A stretch of DNA of 64,000 nt from Alphaproteobacteria bacterium UBA2966 (GTDB lineage: Bacteria > Pseudomonadota > Alphaproteobacteria > UBA2966). The stretch's first letter is position 1, and the number at the start of each line of letters is the position of its first letter. This document shows, in pieces, positions 31,143 to 40,156 of this stretch. The notes under the pieces are model-generated. The model searched no databases. It saw nothing but the letters and a program-made list of their open reading frames with translations, and was not told where the DNA came from. The stretch lies in contig DEBC01000130.1 in assembly GCA_002348365.1 (NCBI GenBank), positions 15,224-79,223 on the forward strand, given 5' to 3'. The position numbers were made by a program, and so were the translations under genes.

Positions 31143-31904
31143 ATGCGTGTCCTGATCAACGGTTCGGGGCCGCTGATGCGTGCCGTTCTGGATGTCGTCT
31201 TCCCGCCGCGCTGCGTGGGGTGCCGCCGGTTCGTCGACCCTCAAGGCGATCTGTGCCCTGCGTGCTGGAAAAGTTTGAATTTCATCGAAGGGGCGGTCTG
31301 AGCAATCTGTGGTTTTCCGTTCGAGGTTGACGTCGGAGAAGGAACCCTGTGCGGATCCTGCGTGCGCCGGCGGCCTGCATTCGCGCGGGCGCGGTCCGTG
31401 CTCCGCTACGACGAAGGGAGTCGTGAACTCATTCTGGCTTTCAAGCATGGCGACCGCACCGAACTTGCCGTGACACTCGGATCGTGGATGGTTCGTACTG
31501 GTGCTCGTCTCGTAGAAGAATGCGATGCCGTGGTGCCGGTGCCTCTCCATCGGCGACGATTGTTCTTGCGCCGCTTCAACCAATCGGCCTTGCTGGCCTA
31601 CGGCGCGATGTCGGGAAAACGGGGTCCGCCGATACTCCCCGGTGCACTTCAACGCCGACGCAATGACCCGACCCAATCAGGCCGAAGTGCTGCTGCCCGT
31701 CGCGCCAACGTCGCGTCTGCCTTCATGGTTCCCCGCCGCTACCGGGATCGTCTCGCCGGTCAACAGATCTTGCTCATTGACGACGTCTCCGCGACGGGAG
31801 CGACAGTGAACGCGTGTGCAAATACTCTACTTGGCGCGGGGGTCAGAGAGGTTTCCGTTCTCACGCTGTGTCGAGTTGTCCGGGGCAATTCCTACTCTAT
31901 ATAG
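31143..31904 (+). pseudogene. comF: ComF-family phosphoribosyltransferase-domain protein, interrupted by in-frame TGA at 31299-31301
   Basis: One frame reads MRVLINGSGPLMRAVLDVVFPPRCVGCRRFVDPQGDLCPACWKSLNFIEGAV*AICGFPFEVDVGEGTLCGSCVRRRPAFARARSVLRYDEGSRELILAFKHGDR...LLIDDVSATGATVNACANTLLGAGVREVSVLTLCRVV. The TGA falls where the first Cys of the second CxxC zinc-ribbon pair is expected. Confidence 0.7.
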
Positions 31905-32037
31905 TCTTGCTGTTCTTTCGCCGGATCGCTCTTTCCGTGCGGACTTGAAGGAAAGAATTGAGGTCAGGGTGCGAACGTTTCTGCGCAAATTGCTCGGGCT
32001 GGCACCATCCGTTTCGACGAATCCAGAGGGATCCGCC

Positions 32038-32301
32038 ATGTCGAACATCGTTCTCTACACCACCATGTTCTGCCCATTTTGTACTCGCGCCAAACGCCTG
32101 TTGGAGGCGAAGGGCGTGTCCTATACCGAAATCGATGTCGGCATGGACGCGGGAAAGCGGCAGGAAATGCTGGATCGCGCGGGCGGTCGTCACACGGTGC
32201 CTCAGATTTTCATTGGCGACCGGCACGTGGGGGGCTCCGATGAGTTGGTGGCTCTGGAACAAACCGGCGATCTCGATGCGTGGATCGAGGCCGCGATATG
32301 A
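32038..32301 (+). CDS. grxC: glutaredoxin 3
   Basis: MSNIVLYTTMFCPFCTRAKRLLEAKGVSYTEIDV... (CPFC active site), 87 aa. The ORF-track upstream extension is discarded. Confidence 0.85.
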   Translation: MSNIVLYTTMFCPFCTRAKRLLEAKGVSYTEIDVGMDAGKRQEMLDRAGGRHTVPQIFIGDRHVGGSDELVALEQTGDLDAWIEAAI

Positions 32302-33167
32302 GCGGGGTTTTCAAGGCTGCCTGTGTCCAGGTCAACGCCCAGCTCGAGATTGAGGACAATGTTGCCCGCGCCATCGAACTGATCCGAGAGGCGCACTCGG
32401 CGGGTGCGGACCTCATCACGATGCCCGAGAACGTGGGGATGATGGGGCATCGCTCTCGCGATATCAGAGGCCTGGCGATGCCTGAGGCCGAGCATGTCGC
32501 ACTGGCAGCGTTTCGCGATGCGGCGCGTGATACCGGGGCTTGGCTGCTTCCCGGGTCTCTTGGGATTTCCGCTGACGACGGGCGCGTACACAACCGCTCG
32601 TACCTGATCGATTCAGACGGTGGGATTGTCGCACGCTACGACAAGATTCATATGTTCGACGTCGATTTGCCCAATGGCGAATCGTATCGCGAATCCAAAA
32701 ATTTCAAGCCCGGTGGTGACACCGTGATCGCGCCAACCCCCTGGGGCCTGCTGGGACTGACTGTCTGCTACGATGTACGTTTCCCGCACTTATACCGGAC
32801 CCTGGCCAAGGCTGGTGCCAGGTTCATTACGGTCCCTTCGGCCTTCACCAGAACGACGGGAACGGCACATTGGCACGTGTTGTTGCGTTCACGGGCCATC
32901 GAAACAGGGTGCTTTGTGATTGCCCCGGCTCAATGCGGGACGCATCCAGGCGAGCGTCAGACTTATGGCCACTCGCTCATCGTAAATCCGTGGGGCGAGG
33001 TTCTTTCCGACGGCGGAGAGAATCCAGGAATTGTCGTGGCAGAGATCGACTGCGCAAAGGTCGATGAGGCCCGCCATATGGTGCCTTCGTTGGCCCACGA
33101 CCAACCGCTACCGGAACCTGAGGTCGCTGGCCAGTCATCGGAGGTGGTTAGGCGCGCCGCCGTCTGA
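32298..33167 (+). CDS. carbon-nitrogen hydrolase (nitrilase superfamily) protein
   Basis: MSGVFKAACVQVNAQLE... with Glu-Lys-Cys triad context (...LTVCYDVRFP...). Its start overlaps the grxC stop. Confidence 0.8.
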   Translation: MSGVFKAACVQVNAQLEIEDNVARAIELIREAHSAGADLITMPENVGMMGHRSRDIRGLAMPEAEHVALAAFRDAARDTGAWLLPGSLGISADDGRVHNRSYLIDSDGGIVARYDKIHMFDVDLPNGESYRESKNFKPGGDTVIAPTPWGLLGLTVCYDVRFPHLYRTLAKAGARFITVPSAFTRTTGTAHWHVLLRSRAIETGCFVIAPAQCGTHPGERQTYGHSLIVNPWGEVLSDGGENPGIVVAEIDCAKVDEARHMVPSLAHDQPLPEPEVAGQSSEVVRRAAV

Positions 33168-33234
33168 TGTTGCGGTTGAATGGGGTCGGCCTCTGACCGA
33201 ATTTGCAGCGGCTGATCGTGCCCCTGCGCAGCTT

Positions 33235-34392
33235 TCACGCAGACAATTCCGGCAGGCGGAAGAAAAACTTGGCGCCTTTCCCGACCACCGAGTCGACACC
33301 GATTTCACCACCGTGCTGCTCGACGATCGATTTGCTGATGTTGAGACCCAGGCCGGTGCCGCCGACCTGCTGGCCACCCAGCGGGTTCGTGCGAGAAAAC
33401 TTCTCAAATATTCGATCCTTGAACTGCTCCGGAATCCCCTGCCCCTGATCGCTTGCCGATACGAGCACGGATCCGCTCTGCCTTGAAACGTTGACCTCGA
33501 AGGTGTCGCCGCGCGACGAGAATTTGACAGCGTTTGACAGTAGATTGGACATCACCTGCATCAGCCGGTCGTCATCGCCCATGATCTTCGGGCCAGGTGT
33601 GGACTCGCCTACCACGATTCCAACGCCGTATTCACTGGCCAATCCACCGCTGGCCGATACGGCACCGTTCACGAGTTCCATGATATCGAGGGTCTTGACG
33701 CGGAACTCCATCTTGCCGGCGAGAAAGGCTGCCAACGAATCCCGATCACTTACCGGGAGTGCGTCGATGCGTTCTTTGACTTTCGAATAATTCACCTCGC
33801 GGATCGAGATTGGAACGCTCTCGAACAATGTGCGGAAGCACACCTCACTTTCGCGCAGGGCATATTCGGCGGTTCGCTGCTGGGTCGTGTTGATCGCCGT
33901 GCAATGGATAAGTTGCTCTTCGCCGACATCCATCACCCTGACGGTGTTTCTGATCCAGATTCTCTCACTGTTCTTGTTGACGCCTTCGACTTCGTACTCG
34001 CTCGGTGCATATTTGCCAGCAAGCCGCGCCTTCCTGAACTCGAGCATGCGCTCGATCGCTTCGGGCGAGAACAGAATTTCGAGAGTTCCAGCAGCGATGA
34101 TCTCGGCCGGGTCGTCATAGCCGAACAGTTCGGCATAGGCCTGATTGGCATAGAGTGGTGTCCAGCCCTTGTGCACCACAATCCCCGCGCCCGAGGTCTC
34201 GACGAGTTGTTGGAATTCAACACTGCCGCCACCAACTGAAGCAAAATTCAGATCTGGCTGAGCTTCTTGAACTGAGTCATGGCTGGTGACGTTCGTCTCA
34301 AGGCACCTGGCTTCGGCCAATTCATGCTCAAGTTCCGCGATCCGCCGCTCAAGGCTGTATAGATCGGGCGCGGTATCGTGAATCGTTACCAT
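33235..34392 (-). CDS. cytoplasmic PAS-domain GHKL ATPase (histidine-kinase-like) lacking a recognisable DHp/H-box
   Basis: 385 aa with an N-terminal coiled coil and PAS domain, and a C-terminal HATPase_c with N, G1 and G2 boxes (LLSNAVKFS, DQGQGIP, GGTGLGLNISKSIV). There is no His in the ~150 residues preceding the N box. Confidence 0.7.
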   Translation of the reverse strand: MVTIHDTAPDLYSLERRIAELEHELAEARCLETNVTSHDSVQEAQPDLNFASVGGGSVEFQQLVETSGAGIVVHKGWTPLYANQAYAELFGYDDPAEIIAAGTLEILFSPEAIERMLEFRKARLAGKYAPSEYEVEGVNKNSERIWIRNTVRVMDVGEEQLIHCTAINTTQQRTAEYALRESEVCFRTLFESVPISIREVNYSKVKERIDALPVSDRDSLAAFLAGKMEFRVKTLDIMELVNGAVSASGGLASEYGVGIVVGESTPGPKIMGDDDRLMQVMSNLLSNAVKFSSRGDTFEVNVSRQSGSVLVSASDQGQGIPEQFKDRIFEKFSRTNPLGGQQVGGTGLGLNISKSIVEQHGGEIGVDSVVGKGAKFFFRLPELSA

Positions 34393-34557
34393 CTCCCACC
34401 CAAAACGTGAGCAATGCTTCCTTCAGGGTGCTTCCCGGGTGCTGGCCGCGCAGGCCGTCTTTCTGGGGTGACTCTACGACACCCGGCATCGCATGTCGAA
34501 GCGAACACGGGCGGTTCATGACCTACAAACAGAATTGGGAGGGTTTCGAGATTTTCT

Positions 34558-35109
34558 CTAATTGGCCCGTGTCGCGAAGATGCGTTGTACAACTGCCGGT
34601 TTCGGTTTCTCCACGAAGCCGTGTTCATAGGCTCCGATAGAGAGCTTGCCTGAGACGACTTCCATGAGTTCGCCATCGTTCAGAAGGAAATCGGGATTTT
34701 TGGGGCGTCCGTATTGTTCGTTGCCGATGGCGAACGTCTCATAGATGAGAACTCCGCCAGGCGCGACAGCCGAGACGATATCGCCCAAGATAGGACGAAA
34801 CAGGTAGTTGGTGACCACCACACCGGCAAAAGTTTGATTTTCGAATGGCCAGCCTGTTGCCAACTCCAAGTCCGCTTCGAGGACTGTTAGTTCCAAATGT
34901 GGCGACAATGCCCGAACTCCGGAAACATTGCGGTCGACTGCGACAACCGGGTAGCCGGCATCCAGGAACAATCGAGTGTGGCGGCCGTTGCCACACGCGA
35001 CATCCAGGACCCCAACTGCATTAGTCTTAGGCACGCGTCGGGCGAAACGTTGGACCCAAGCCGAAGGTGTCAGATCATGGTGAGCCGTCGCAGAATCCTT
35101 TTCAGTCAT
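34558..35109 (-). CDS. class I SAM-dependent methyltransferase
   Basis: 183 aa with motif I VLDVACGNGRHTRLF. Confidence 0.65.
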   Translation of the reverse strand: MTEKDSATAHHDLTPSAWVQRFARRVPKTNAVGVLDVACGNGRHTRLFLDAGYPVVAVDRNVSGVRALSPHLELTVLEADLELATGWPFENQTFAGVVVTNYLFRPILGDIVSAVAPGGVLIYETFAIGNEQYGRPKNPDFLLNDGELMEVVSGKLSIGAYEHGFVEKPKPAVVQRIFATRAN

Positions 35110-35262
35110 CTCGGCGGACCCGCGCAGTTGTATGCGGCGTACATGCGTTAACCAATTGTCCTCGCCGAATTACTAGGCTATTGATCGCGGCGCGCAAAAT
35201 GGTACATGGGTTTGGTATCATGGTGCCCGCCGGGGTGACGAGGATACTGTAATCATAGAGAC

Positions 35263-35679
35263 ATGATTCTTTACGACGTCATATGTTCGAACGACCACGT
35301 CTTTGAGGCGTGGTTCGCCGATTCCAAAGCCTTCGAAGATCAGCGTAAGTCTGATGCGGTCGCCTGCCCCATTTGCGGTGTTACCGATGTCGAGAAGGCG
35401 CTCATGGCACCAAACATCTCCGCCAAGAAGGAGCAGGCTGCGGCCGATGGCAAGGATGCTGCGGACGCGATGAAGTTTCTCTACAAGATGCGCGAACATA
35501 TTGAAGAGAACTGCGACTATGTGGGGAAGGATTTCGCCGAGGAAGCGCGCAAGATTCACCACGAGGAGGTGGAAAAGCGCGATATCTACGGCGAGGCGAC
35601 GGCTGAAGAGGCGGAAGAGCTTCGCGAGGAAGGTATCGAGTTCGGAGAGATTCCTTGGCCGGCAAGGCACGACGCCTGA
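35263..35679 (+). CDS. DUF1178-family zinc-ribbon protein
   Basis: MILYDVICSNDHVFEAWFADSKAFEDQRKSDAVACPICG... with the typical N-terminal C...H...C..C pattern and an acidic C-terminus. Confidence 0.6.
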   Translation: MILYDVICSNDHVFEAWFADSKAFEDQRKSDAVACPICGVTDVEKALMAPNISAKKEQAAADGKDAADAMKFLYKMREHIEENCDYVGKDFAEEARKIHHEEVEKRDIYGEATAEEAEELREEGIEFGEIPWPARHDA

Positions 35680-35798
35680 TTTTGCCGCCTATCGAACATT
35701 GCTAAGTTGAGGTAACCCGACCACGCTGGAGGTTGGCGCATCCGGCCGCGCGCTGAATGCCTGTCTGACCGGTGGTTATCATCACAGGGAGAGTGAAC

Positions 35799-36629
35799 GT
35801 GGCAAAATCTACCAAGACCGGGAAAGCCCGATCAAAAAAGGGCGCTCAGGATGAAGGGCGGATCACGACAGAGGCAAAAGGCAATGTCTTCCTGATTGGT
35901 ATCGACCGGCCCTCGAAACTGAACGGGTTCACATCGGCCATGTTGGATCAACTCGCCGAGGCGTACACCGAGTTTGAAGACCGGGGTCGATATCGTTGTG
36001 CCGTGCTTTTTGCGCATGGAGATCATTTCACCGCAGGCCTGGATCTGCCGCACGTGGCCCATCGCTTTGAGGCGGGACATGGTCTGTTCCCACCCGGGCT
36101 CATAGATCCTGTCGACATCCGTCCGCCACGCCGCACAAAGCCTGTGGTCACGGCAGTCCGAGGATACTGTTTCACTCTGGGCATCGAGCTGATGCTGGCA
36201 AACGATATCGTTGTGGCCGGGGAGGAGACCGTGTTCAGCCAGCTCGAAGTCGGGCGCGGCATCATGCCGTCTTGCGGCGCGTCCATGCGCATGGTCGAGC
36301 GCGGTGGCTGGGGCAACGCCATGAAGTACTTGCTGACGGGCGATCGTTTCGATGCCATCGAGGCCCATCGCATGAACTTCGTGACTGAGATTGTTCCGAC
36401 GGGCAAGGATGTCTCTCGCGCGATGGAAATTGCGCGAACGATTTCCAAACAGGCGCCTCTCGCGGTGCAAGCGACCCGCGCGACATCTTTGACGTGGCTT
36501 GAGCACGGGCACGATGCCGCCGCGGCGGTTCTGGACCCCGAGCAACTTCGTCTGTCTAAGACCTGGGATGCAGCTGAGGGCGTGCGATCGTTCGTCGAGC
36601 GGCGGTCGCCGAGGTTCCGCGGCAAATAG
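35799..36629 (+). CDS. enoyl-CoA hydratase/isomerase (crotonase) family protein
   Basis: Crotonase fold (NVFLIGIDRPSKLNGF...VLFAHGDHFTAGLDL...). Start taken at GTG 35799 (GGGAGA upstream); the ORF-track start is 35772. Confidence 0.75.
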   Translation: MAKSTKTGKARSKKGAQDEGRITTEAKGNVFLIGIDRPSKLNGFTSAMLDQLAEAYTEFEDRGRYRCAVLFAHGDHFTAGLDLPHVAHRFEAGHGLFPPGLIDPVDIRPPRRTKPVVTAVRGYCFTLGIELMLANDIVVAGEETVFSQLEVGRGIMPSCGASMRMVERGGWGNAMKYLLTGDRFDAIEAHRMNFVTEIVPTGKDVSRAMEIARTISKQAPLAVQATRATSLTWLEHGHDAAAAVLDPEQLRLSKTWDAAEGVRSFVERRSPRFRGK

Positions 36630-36653
36630 CGGTTTCGCGGGCTGGGCCGGCTT

Positions 36654-37439
36654 TCAGCCGTGCGTCGGCTTCGTTGCGAACAGCATGTAGTTGACGGAGG
36701 TGTCCCGGCTCTCTCGCCAGGCGCCCGCCAAAGGATCGAGACTCACACCGCCGATGTCGATGACCGTGAGCCCGTTTGCCCGCAGGTGACGGGAAGCTTC
36801 CGAAGGGCGCACGAATTTGTTCCAGTCGTGGGTTCCTCTGGGTAGCCAACGCAACACGTACTCTGCGCCAACGATCGCGAAAGCGAATGATTTGATCGTT
36901 CGGTTGAGTGAAGCCATCGCCAATGCCCCGCCGGGGGGCAGCAGGCATCCAATCGCTTCCGAGAATGCTGTCAGATCGCCAACATGCTCAATGATTTCCA
37001 TGGCGACGATCGCGTCGAACGTCGCGCCCGACCCCGCCAGACTTTCTGCCGCAGTACAACGGTAGTCTATCTCCAGGCCTGTCTTTTCGGCGTGATGGGC
37101 TGCGACCTTGATGGCATTTGCATCGGCGTCAATCGCCGTCACACGTGCACCGAGGCGAGCCAATGGCTCGCTGAGCAGTCCCCCGCCGCACCCGATATCC
37201 AGCACTGAAAGGTTCTTATAGGGTCGGATATCTCGAGTGTCGTACTGGAAGTGTTGGTCGAGGTGCCGGCGGATGTAGGCCAGTCGAACGGGATTAAGCT
37301 CATGCAGAGGGCGAAAGGGTCCGTTTGGATCCCACCAGGACTCAGCAATCTCGGCGAATCGCTCGATTTCTTCGTGATCTACCGAAGCATGATGTTGGGC
37401 TGTATCAGACAAGGTGTTCGTCGCCGCTCTCGGGACCAT
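36654..37439 (-). CDS. ubiG: bifunctional 3-demethylubiquinol 3-O-methyltransferase / 2-polyprenyl-6-hydroxyphenol methylase
   Basis: ...EIERFAEIAESWWDPNGPFRPLHELNPVRLAYI...VLDIGCGGGLLSEPLARLGA...; divergent from lysC, as is usual in alphaproteobacteria. Confidence 0.85.
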   Translation of the reverse strand: MVPRAATNTLSDTAQHHASVDHEEIERFAEIAESWWDPNGPFRPLHELNPVRLAYIRRHLDQHFQYDTRDIRPYKNLSVLDIGCGGGLLSEPLARLGARVTAIDADANAIKVAAHHAEKTGLEIDYRCTAAESLAGSGATFDAIVAMEIIEHVGDLTAFSEAIGCLLPPGGALAMASLNRTIKSFAFAIVGAEYVLRWLPRGTHDWNKFVRPSEASRHLRANGLTVIDIGGVSLDPLAGAWRESRDTSVNYMLFATKPTHG

Positions 37440-37606
37440 GATGTTTGGATGATGCACCGATCATTGATGAAGGTCCCCGTAGCATTGGCTTGCTCACTAT
37501 CGAGACCGGGAGTATGAATACGCGCCTTTTTCCGGGAAGGAAAGCGACACAGATACGGGATTGGAACACGGCCGGAGCGAAGCCGGCTGGTTCTTGAGAT
37601 TTGGGT

Positions 37607-38827
37607 ATGGCACGTCTTGTGATGAAATTCGGTGGTACTTCGGTTGGAGATGTCGACCGAATCCGAGAGGTGGCCAAACGCGTCCATGCTTCTGTCGAGG
37701 AGGGCAACGAGGTTGCCGTTGTTGTATCTGCGATGGCGGGCACAACCGATCAATTGGCCAAATGGACGAGCGATATCGCGTTGTTCCACGATGCACGCGA
37801 ATATGATGTCGTGGTTTCCGCCGGTGAACAGATAACGGCGGGCCTTCTCGCACTGGCACTACAAGACATGGGCGTTTCCGCCCGGTCCTGGCTCGCCTGG
37901 CAGCTGCCGATCCGGTCCGACGCAGTGCATGGAAATGCCAGGATCGAAGAGATCGATTGCCGCGAACTGGAAAAGCGATTCCAGGAAGGCCAGGTGGCTG
38001 TTGTTGCCGGATTCCAGGGTAAGGGTGAAGACGGCCGCACAACCACCTTGGGTCGGGGCGGGTCCGACACGTCCGCCGTCGCCCTGGCAGCAGCGCTCAG
38101 AGCGGAACGTTGCGATATTTACACCGATGTCGAAGGTGTCTTTACGGCTGATCCGCGTATCGTTGCGAAGGCGCGGAAGCTTGATAGAATCACATATGAA
38201 GAGATGCTTGAAATGGCATCTCAGGGCGCCCGGGTCTTGCAGACACGTTCTGTGTCAATGGCGATGAACCATCAGGTGCGGGTTCAGGTTCTCTCGAGTT
38301 TCTCGAATTCTCCCGGAACGCTGGTCGTCGATGAGGATGAAGTAGTGGAAAAGCAGGTGGTCAGCGGAATCGCGTACTCCCGCGACGAGGCCAAGATTAC
38401 GTTAATTCGTGTCGCGGATCGGCCTGGTGTCGCAGCCGCGATTTTTGGACCGCTCGCGGACGCCAACATCAACGTCGACATCATCGTGCAGAGTGTGTCT
38501 GAAGACGGTAAATCGACGGATGTGACATTCACGGTCAAGGAAGCCGATTTCGAGCGTGCCGTGGGGGTCGTGGAATCCGCGAAGGACTCGGTTGGTTTTG
38601 ACCGAATGATTTCCGACTCCAATGTCGCCAAGGTGTCGGTGATCGGCGTTGGCATGCGCAGCCACGCCGGGGTCGCACAGTGCATGTTTAGCGCCCTCGC
38701 GGAGAAGGGAATAAACATTCATGCGATCTCGACATCGGAGATCAAGGTGAGCGTCCTGATTTCAGAGGAATATACGGAACTGGCCCTGCGCTCGTTGCAT
38801 ACGGCCTATGGCCTCGACGCGAACTAG
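37607..38827 (+). CDS. lysC: aspartate kinase
   Basis: MARLVMKFGGTSVGDVDRIREVAK...; kinase domain plus tandem C-terminal ACT domains. Confidence 0.9.
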   Translation: MARLVMKFGGTSVGDVDRIREVAKRVHASVEEGNEVAVVVSAMAGTTDQLAKWTSDIALFHDAREYDVVVSAGEQITAGLLALALQDMGVSARSWLAWQLPIRSDAVHGNARIEEIDCRELEKRFQEGQVAVVAGFQGKGEDGRTTTLGRGGSDTSAVALAAALRAERCDIYTDVEGVFTADPRIVAKARKLDRITYEEMLEMASQGARVLQTRSVSMAMNHQVRVQVLSSFSNSPGTLVVDEDEVVEKQVVSGIAYSRDEAKITLIRVADRPGVAAAIFGPLADANINVDIIVQSVSEDGKSTDVTFTVKEADFERAVGVVESAKDSVGFDRMISDSNVAKVSVIGVGMRSHAGVAQCMFSALAEKGINIHAISTSEIKVSVLISEEYTELALRSLHTAYGLDAN

Positions 38828-38836
38828 GGCCTCTCA

Positions 38837-39853
38837 TTGACAAGCACTGATCCGCAAAACCGACTGGCAGCACTGTGGCGCCGTGGATGCGACTTGCTGG
38901 GTTCGCGCTACGCCATTCTGGGTGGCGCGATGACGTGGCTCTCAGAGAGAAAACTGGTATCCGCCCTTTCCAATGCTGGGGGATTTGGAGTCATCGCCTG
39001 TGGTTCGATGACGCCCGACCTGCTGGACCAGGAAATCGCCGCAACCTTCGAACTTACTGATCAGCCGTTCGGCGTGAATCTGATCACGATGCACCCCGAC
39101 CTGGGAGACTTGATCGACGTATGCATCGCACGCGGGGTCAGCCATGTCGTCCTGGCCGGGGGACTGCCAAAGGACACCGATATCGGCCGTCTGAAGGAAG
39201 CAGCGGCCAAGGTCATAGCTTTCGCGCCGGCCCTGCCCACCGCCCGGAGATTGGTGCGTTCTGGGGCTGACGGAATCATCATCGAAGGGGCCGAAGCGGG
39301 TGGGCACATCGGACCGGTCTCGACCGGCGTTCTGGCTCAGGAGATCCTTCCCAACATTGATGAAGTCCCCGTGTTCGTTGCCGGAGGAATCGGGCGCGGA
39401 GATGCGATGGCAATGTATTTGCGTATGGGCGCATCGGGATGCCAACTGGGAACGCGCTTTGTCTGCGCCTCAGAATGCGTAGCCCACCCCAACTTCAAGC
39501 AGGCGTTTATCCGTGCCAATGCGCGGGACGCGACATCCACCGTGCAGCTTGATCCACAATTTCCAGTGATCCCGGTTCGCGCACTCGCAAACGAGGGGAC
39601 GCGAAAGTTTCACGAATTTCAGCGGGAGATCATCTCCCGTTTCCGCGCCGGTGAGTTGGAGCAGAAGGCGGCACAGCTCGATATCGAGCACTATTGGGCT
39701 GGCGCTCTGCGGCGCGCAGCAATAGACGGAGATGTCGAATTCGGATCGCTCATGGCAGGCCAAAGTGTCGGCATGGTGCGGGCTGAACAGCCCCTCGCCG
39801 AGATCATTGAAGAGCTTGTTGAGCAGGCCGAAAGGGCCCTGGAGACCACGTAG
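38837..39853 (+). CDS. nitronate monooxygenase / NAD(P)H-dependent flavin oxidoreductase (NMO family)
   Basis: 338-aa FMN-binding TIM barrel (ILGGAMTWLSERKLVSALSNAGGFGVIA...GIIIEGAEAGGHIGPVSTGVLAQ). The TTG start is uncertain. Confidence 0.75.
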   Translation: MTSTDPQNRLAALWRRGCDLLGSRYAILGGAMTWLSERKLVSALSNAGGFGVIACGSMTPDLLDQEIAATFELTDQPFGVNLITMHPDLGDLIDVCIARGVSHVVLAGGLPKDTDIGRLKEAAAKVIAFAPALPTARRLVRSGADGIIIEGAEAGGHIGPVSTGVLAQEILPNIDEVPVFVAGGIGRGDAMAMYLRMGASGCQLGTRFVCASECVAHPNFKQAFIRANARDATSTVQLDPQFPVIPVRALANEGTRKFHEFQREIISRFRAGELEQKAAQLDIEHYWAGALRRAAIDGDVEFGSLMAGQSVGMVRAEQPLAEIIEELVEQAERALETT

Positions 39854-40156
39854 AGGCTTTGTTGACGAAAGTTGATGAAGCCTTGATGTACAGGGTCCTG
39901 CAACTTCGTCCAATGTGGTGGGTTCCTCATTTAACTCGTTGCAAAATTTCAGTATTACTGTTCTACTGAGTTTGGGACGTTAACTAATAGTTTACCTTAA
40001 GAACGGTAATAACTCGTCTGTTCTGGCCGAATTTATTTCGGTCAGCGTAGTGGGGTGACCTCACCAATTCTGCGATGGCACTGCGGCATGCTCGCCGTTT
40101 GGGCTCTGGGAAACTCGCATGAGGCGGACGGTCAATTCGCAGTACCGGGTCAGGAC

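Noticed and set aside
37457-37606. Possible lysine riboswitch upstream of lysC
   Set aside because: The leader is short (about 150 nt) and lacks the conserved L-box helices; there are only weak local hairpins.
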